Assembly: GCF_964204645.1 (NCBI RefSeq)
Contig: NC_134027.1
Span: forward strand, 17,384,560 to 17,448,559
Direction: 5' to 3'
Length of the DNA stretch: 64,000 bases
From: Tubulanus polymorphus
Taxonomy: Eukaryota; Animalia; Nemertea
The notes beneath the pieces were generated by a model. The model was not told where the DNA came from and searched no databases. It was given only the letters and a program-made list of their open reading frames with translations. Below are positions 62,747-64,000 of this stretch, piece by piece; position 1 is the first letter of the stretch; every line of letters starts with the position of its first letter. Position numbers and translations under genes: made by a program.

Positions 62747-63084
62747 CGCATCTCCGGCAATGCAAAAACGCAAAATTTTTTCTGCGGGAGGGTCCCCAGA
62801 CCCCCGTTCTAAATTCCGGAATTTTGGTACTTTGGCCCTAGCATCTCTGTGTACGTGACTGTACAGTGATTTCTACAGGTTAGCCGTATGTGAGTACGTT
62901 GACGCTCAGACTTGCAATATTGGGATTCAAAACCAAACGAAAAAAAAATCCAGTAGTAGTCCAGTGATTTACCCACTGTGCCACAGAACGTAACAACTGC
63001 AGGGTGGATGAAATTTGATTTACAAATAGCCTAGCCTCACCTAACCCAAACTCTATTCTTTCACGCATGCGCGTTTGCAGGTTA

Positions 63085-63305
63085 TAAGAACTCACGTACG
63101 GCATTTGTAGAGAACTCACGTACGTTTAACCTATGGATATCACTGTACAGTCACGTACGGGTAACAACTTCGTACTTAAATGGTATTGGTTACTAGGAAC
63201 TCACGTGCGGCGTTAGTAGGGAGCTCACGTACGGTTAACCTGTGGAGATCACCGTACAGTGACGTACGGGCAACAACTTCGTACTTAAAGTGGTGTTGGC
63301 TACTA
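63085..63305 (+). repeat. ~110-bp duplicated unit rich in CACGTACG; an inverted copy is the hAT target site
   Basis: Units at ~63115 and ~63225; reverse complement spans 58750-58768 plus 62856-62897. Confidence 0.75.
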
Positions 63306-64000
63306 TATAACAGGCCTATAGACAAATAAATACTGGTAGGTTTTCTTAGCTTCCACACTTCACAACCAAACCAACTGACCAACCAGTATATTTTAGTCCC
63401 AGTACGCACCAACTGGCACAGGCCTAACACTGTTTGTCAACTGTGTGTTCCGTAGTAGGCTATCGATAATCACCTGAAACTTTTCTGTCCTTTGTTTTCT
63501 CTCTGAGACGAACGTAATTCGAGTAGCAACCAGCGACTCAAAGTCCTTGATTTTAACTTGATCAATTCAAAATTTATTTATTGACGCTTTTGGTTACATG
63601 AACTGATCAGCAATATACTTAAATGAAATAACCGGAATAACAAGAAATCAATAATATAAAAGAGGTAACAAACGAATGCCCGTTAACCGGTCGGACACGC
63701 GAACTCCGGGCTCGTAAACTCTTTCACTCGGACCCGCTGAGCAATTAATTCATAGGATTGACTTTGAAATTGATTGTGGAGAAGAGAGGGAATAATTCGA
63801 TAGCTCTTCCTCAAAAAGAAGAGAGAAATGTCGGAAGAAAACCGGCATGGCTACTAATTGAACGGGGCCAAATTTCCGATGTTTACGACTCGACAGTGCC
63901 TTTATAACGTGGATTTATCAAAATTCCCAAGGTAAGGAAGCCTTTACACTTTTAACAAAAACTGTGTGGAAAAGGGAAAAAAAAAATAGCTGCAAGCAGC

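Larger units (their letters stand above)
58769..62849 (+). mobile_element. hAT-superfamily DNA transposon with 6-bp TSD
   Basis: TIR CAGAGATGCTAG / CTAGCATCTCTG, subterminal TTCCGGAA repeats, TSD TGTACG. Confidence 0.92.

Overview
Eukaryotic, probably marine-invertebrate, genomic DNA made almost entirely of nested mobile elements; no host gene was recognised. The main element is a full-length but decaying AT-rich Polinton/Maverick-like endogenous virus (39325-54949, AGTAAT...ATTACT termini, 6-bp TSD AATGAA). It encodes protein-primed PolB, integrase, packaging ATPase, major and minor capsid proteins and several membrane proteins, but no recognisable maturation protease. Its PolB carries a ~355-aa LAGLIDADG intein in the catalytic YxDTD motif (YFD|S...KN|TDA), resembling giant-virus PolB inteins. 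Almost every gene of this family starts at a poxvirus-late-like TAAATG preceded by a T-tract. At least three more fragmentary copies of the family are present, with two copies of an NCLDV-like HNH endonuclease gene and a 340-bp TIR-only mini derivative. Also present: the right half of a second, canonical GC-richer Maverick (capsid, adenain, spliced PC4-like gene, AGTAGT end), a 5'-truncated env- and chromodomain-bearing Gypsy, a hAT with a 6-bp TSD, non-autonomous TIR elements and simple repeats. All family assignments come from motif recognition by eye; no database searches were run.
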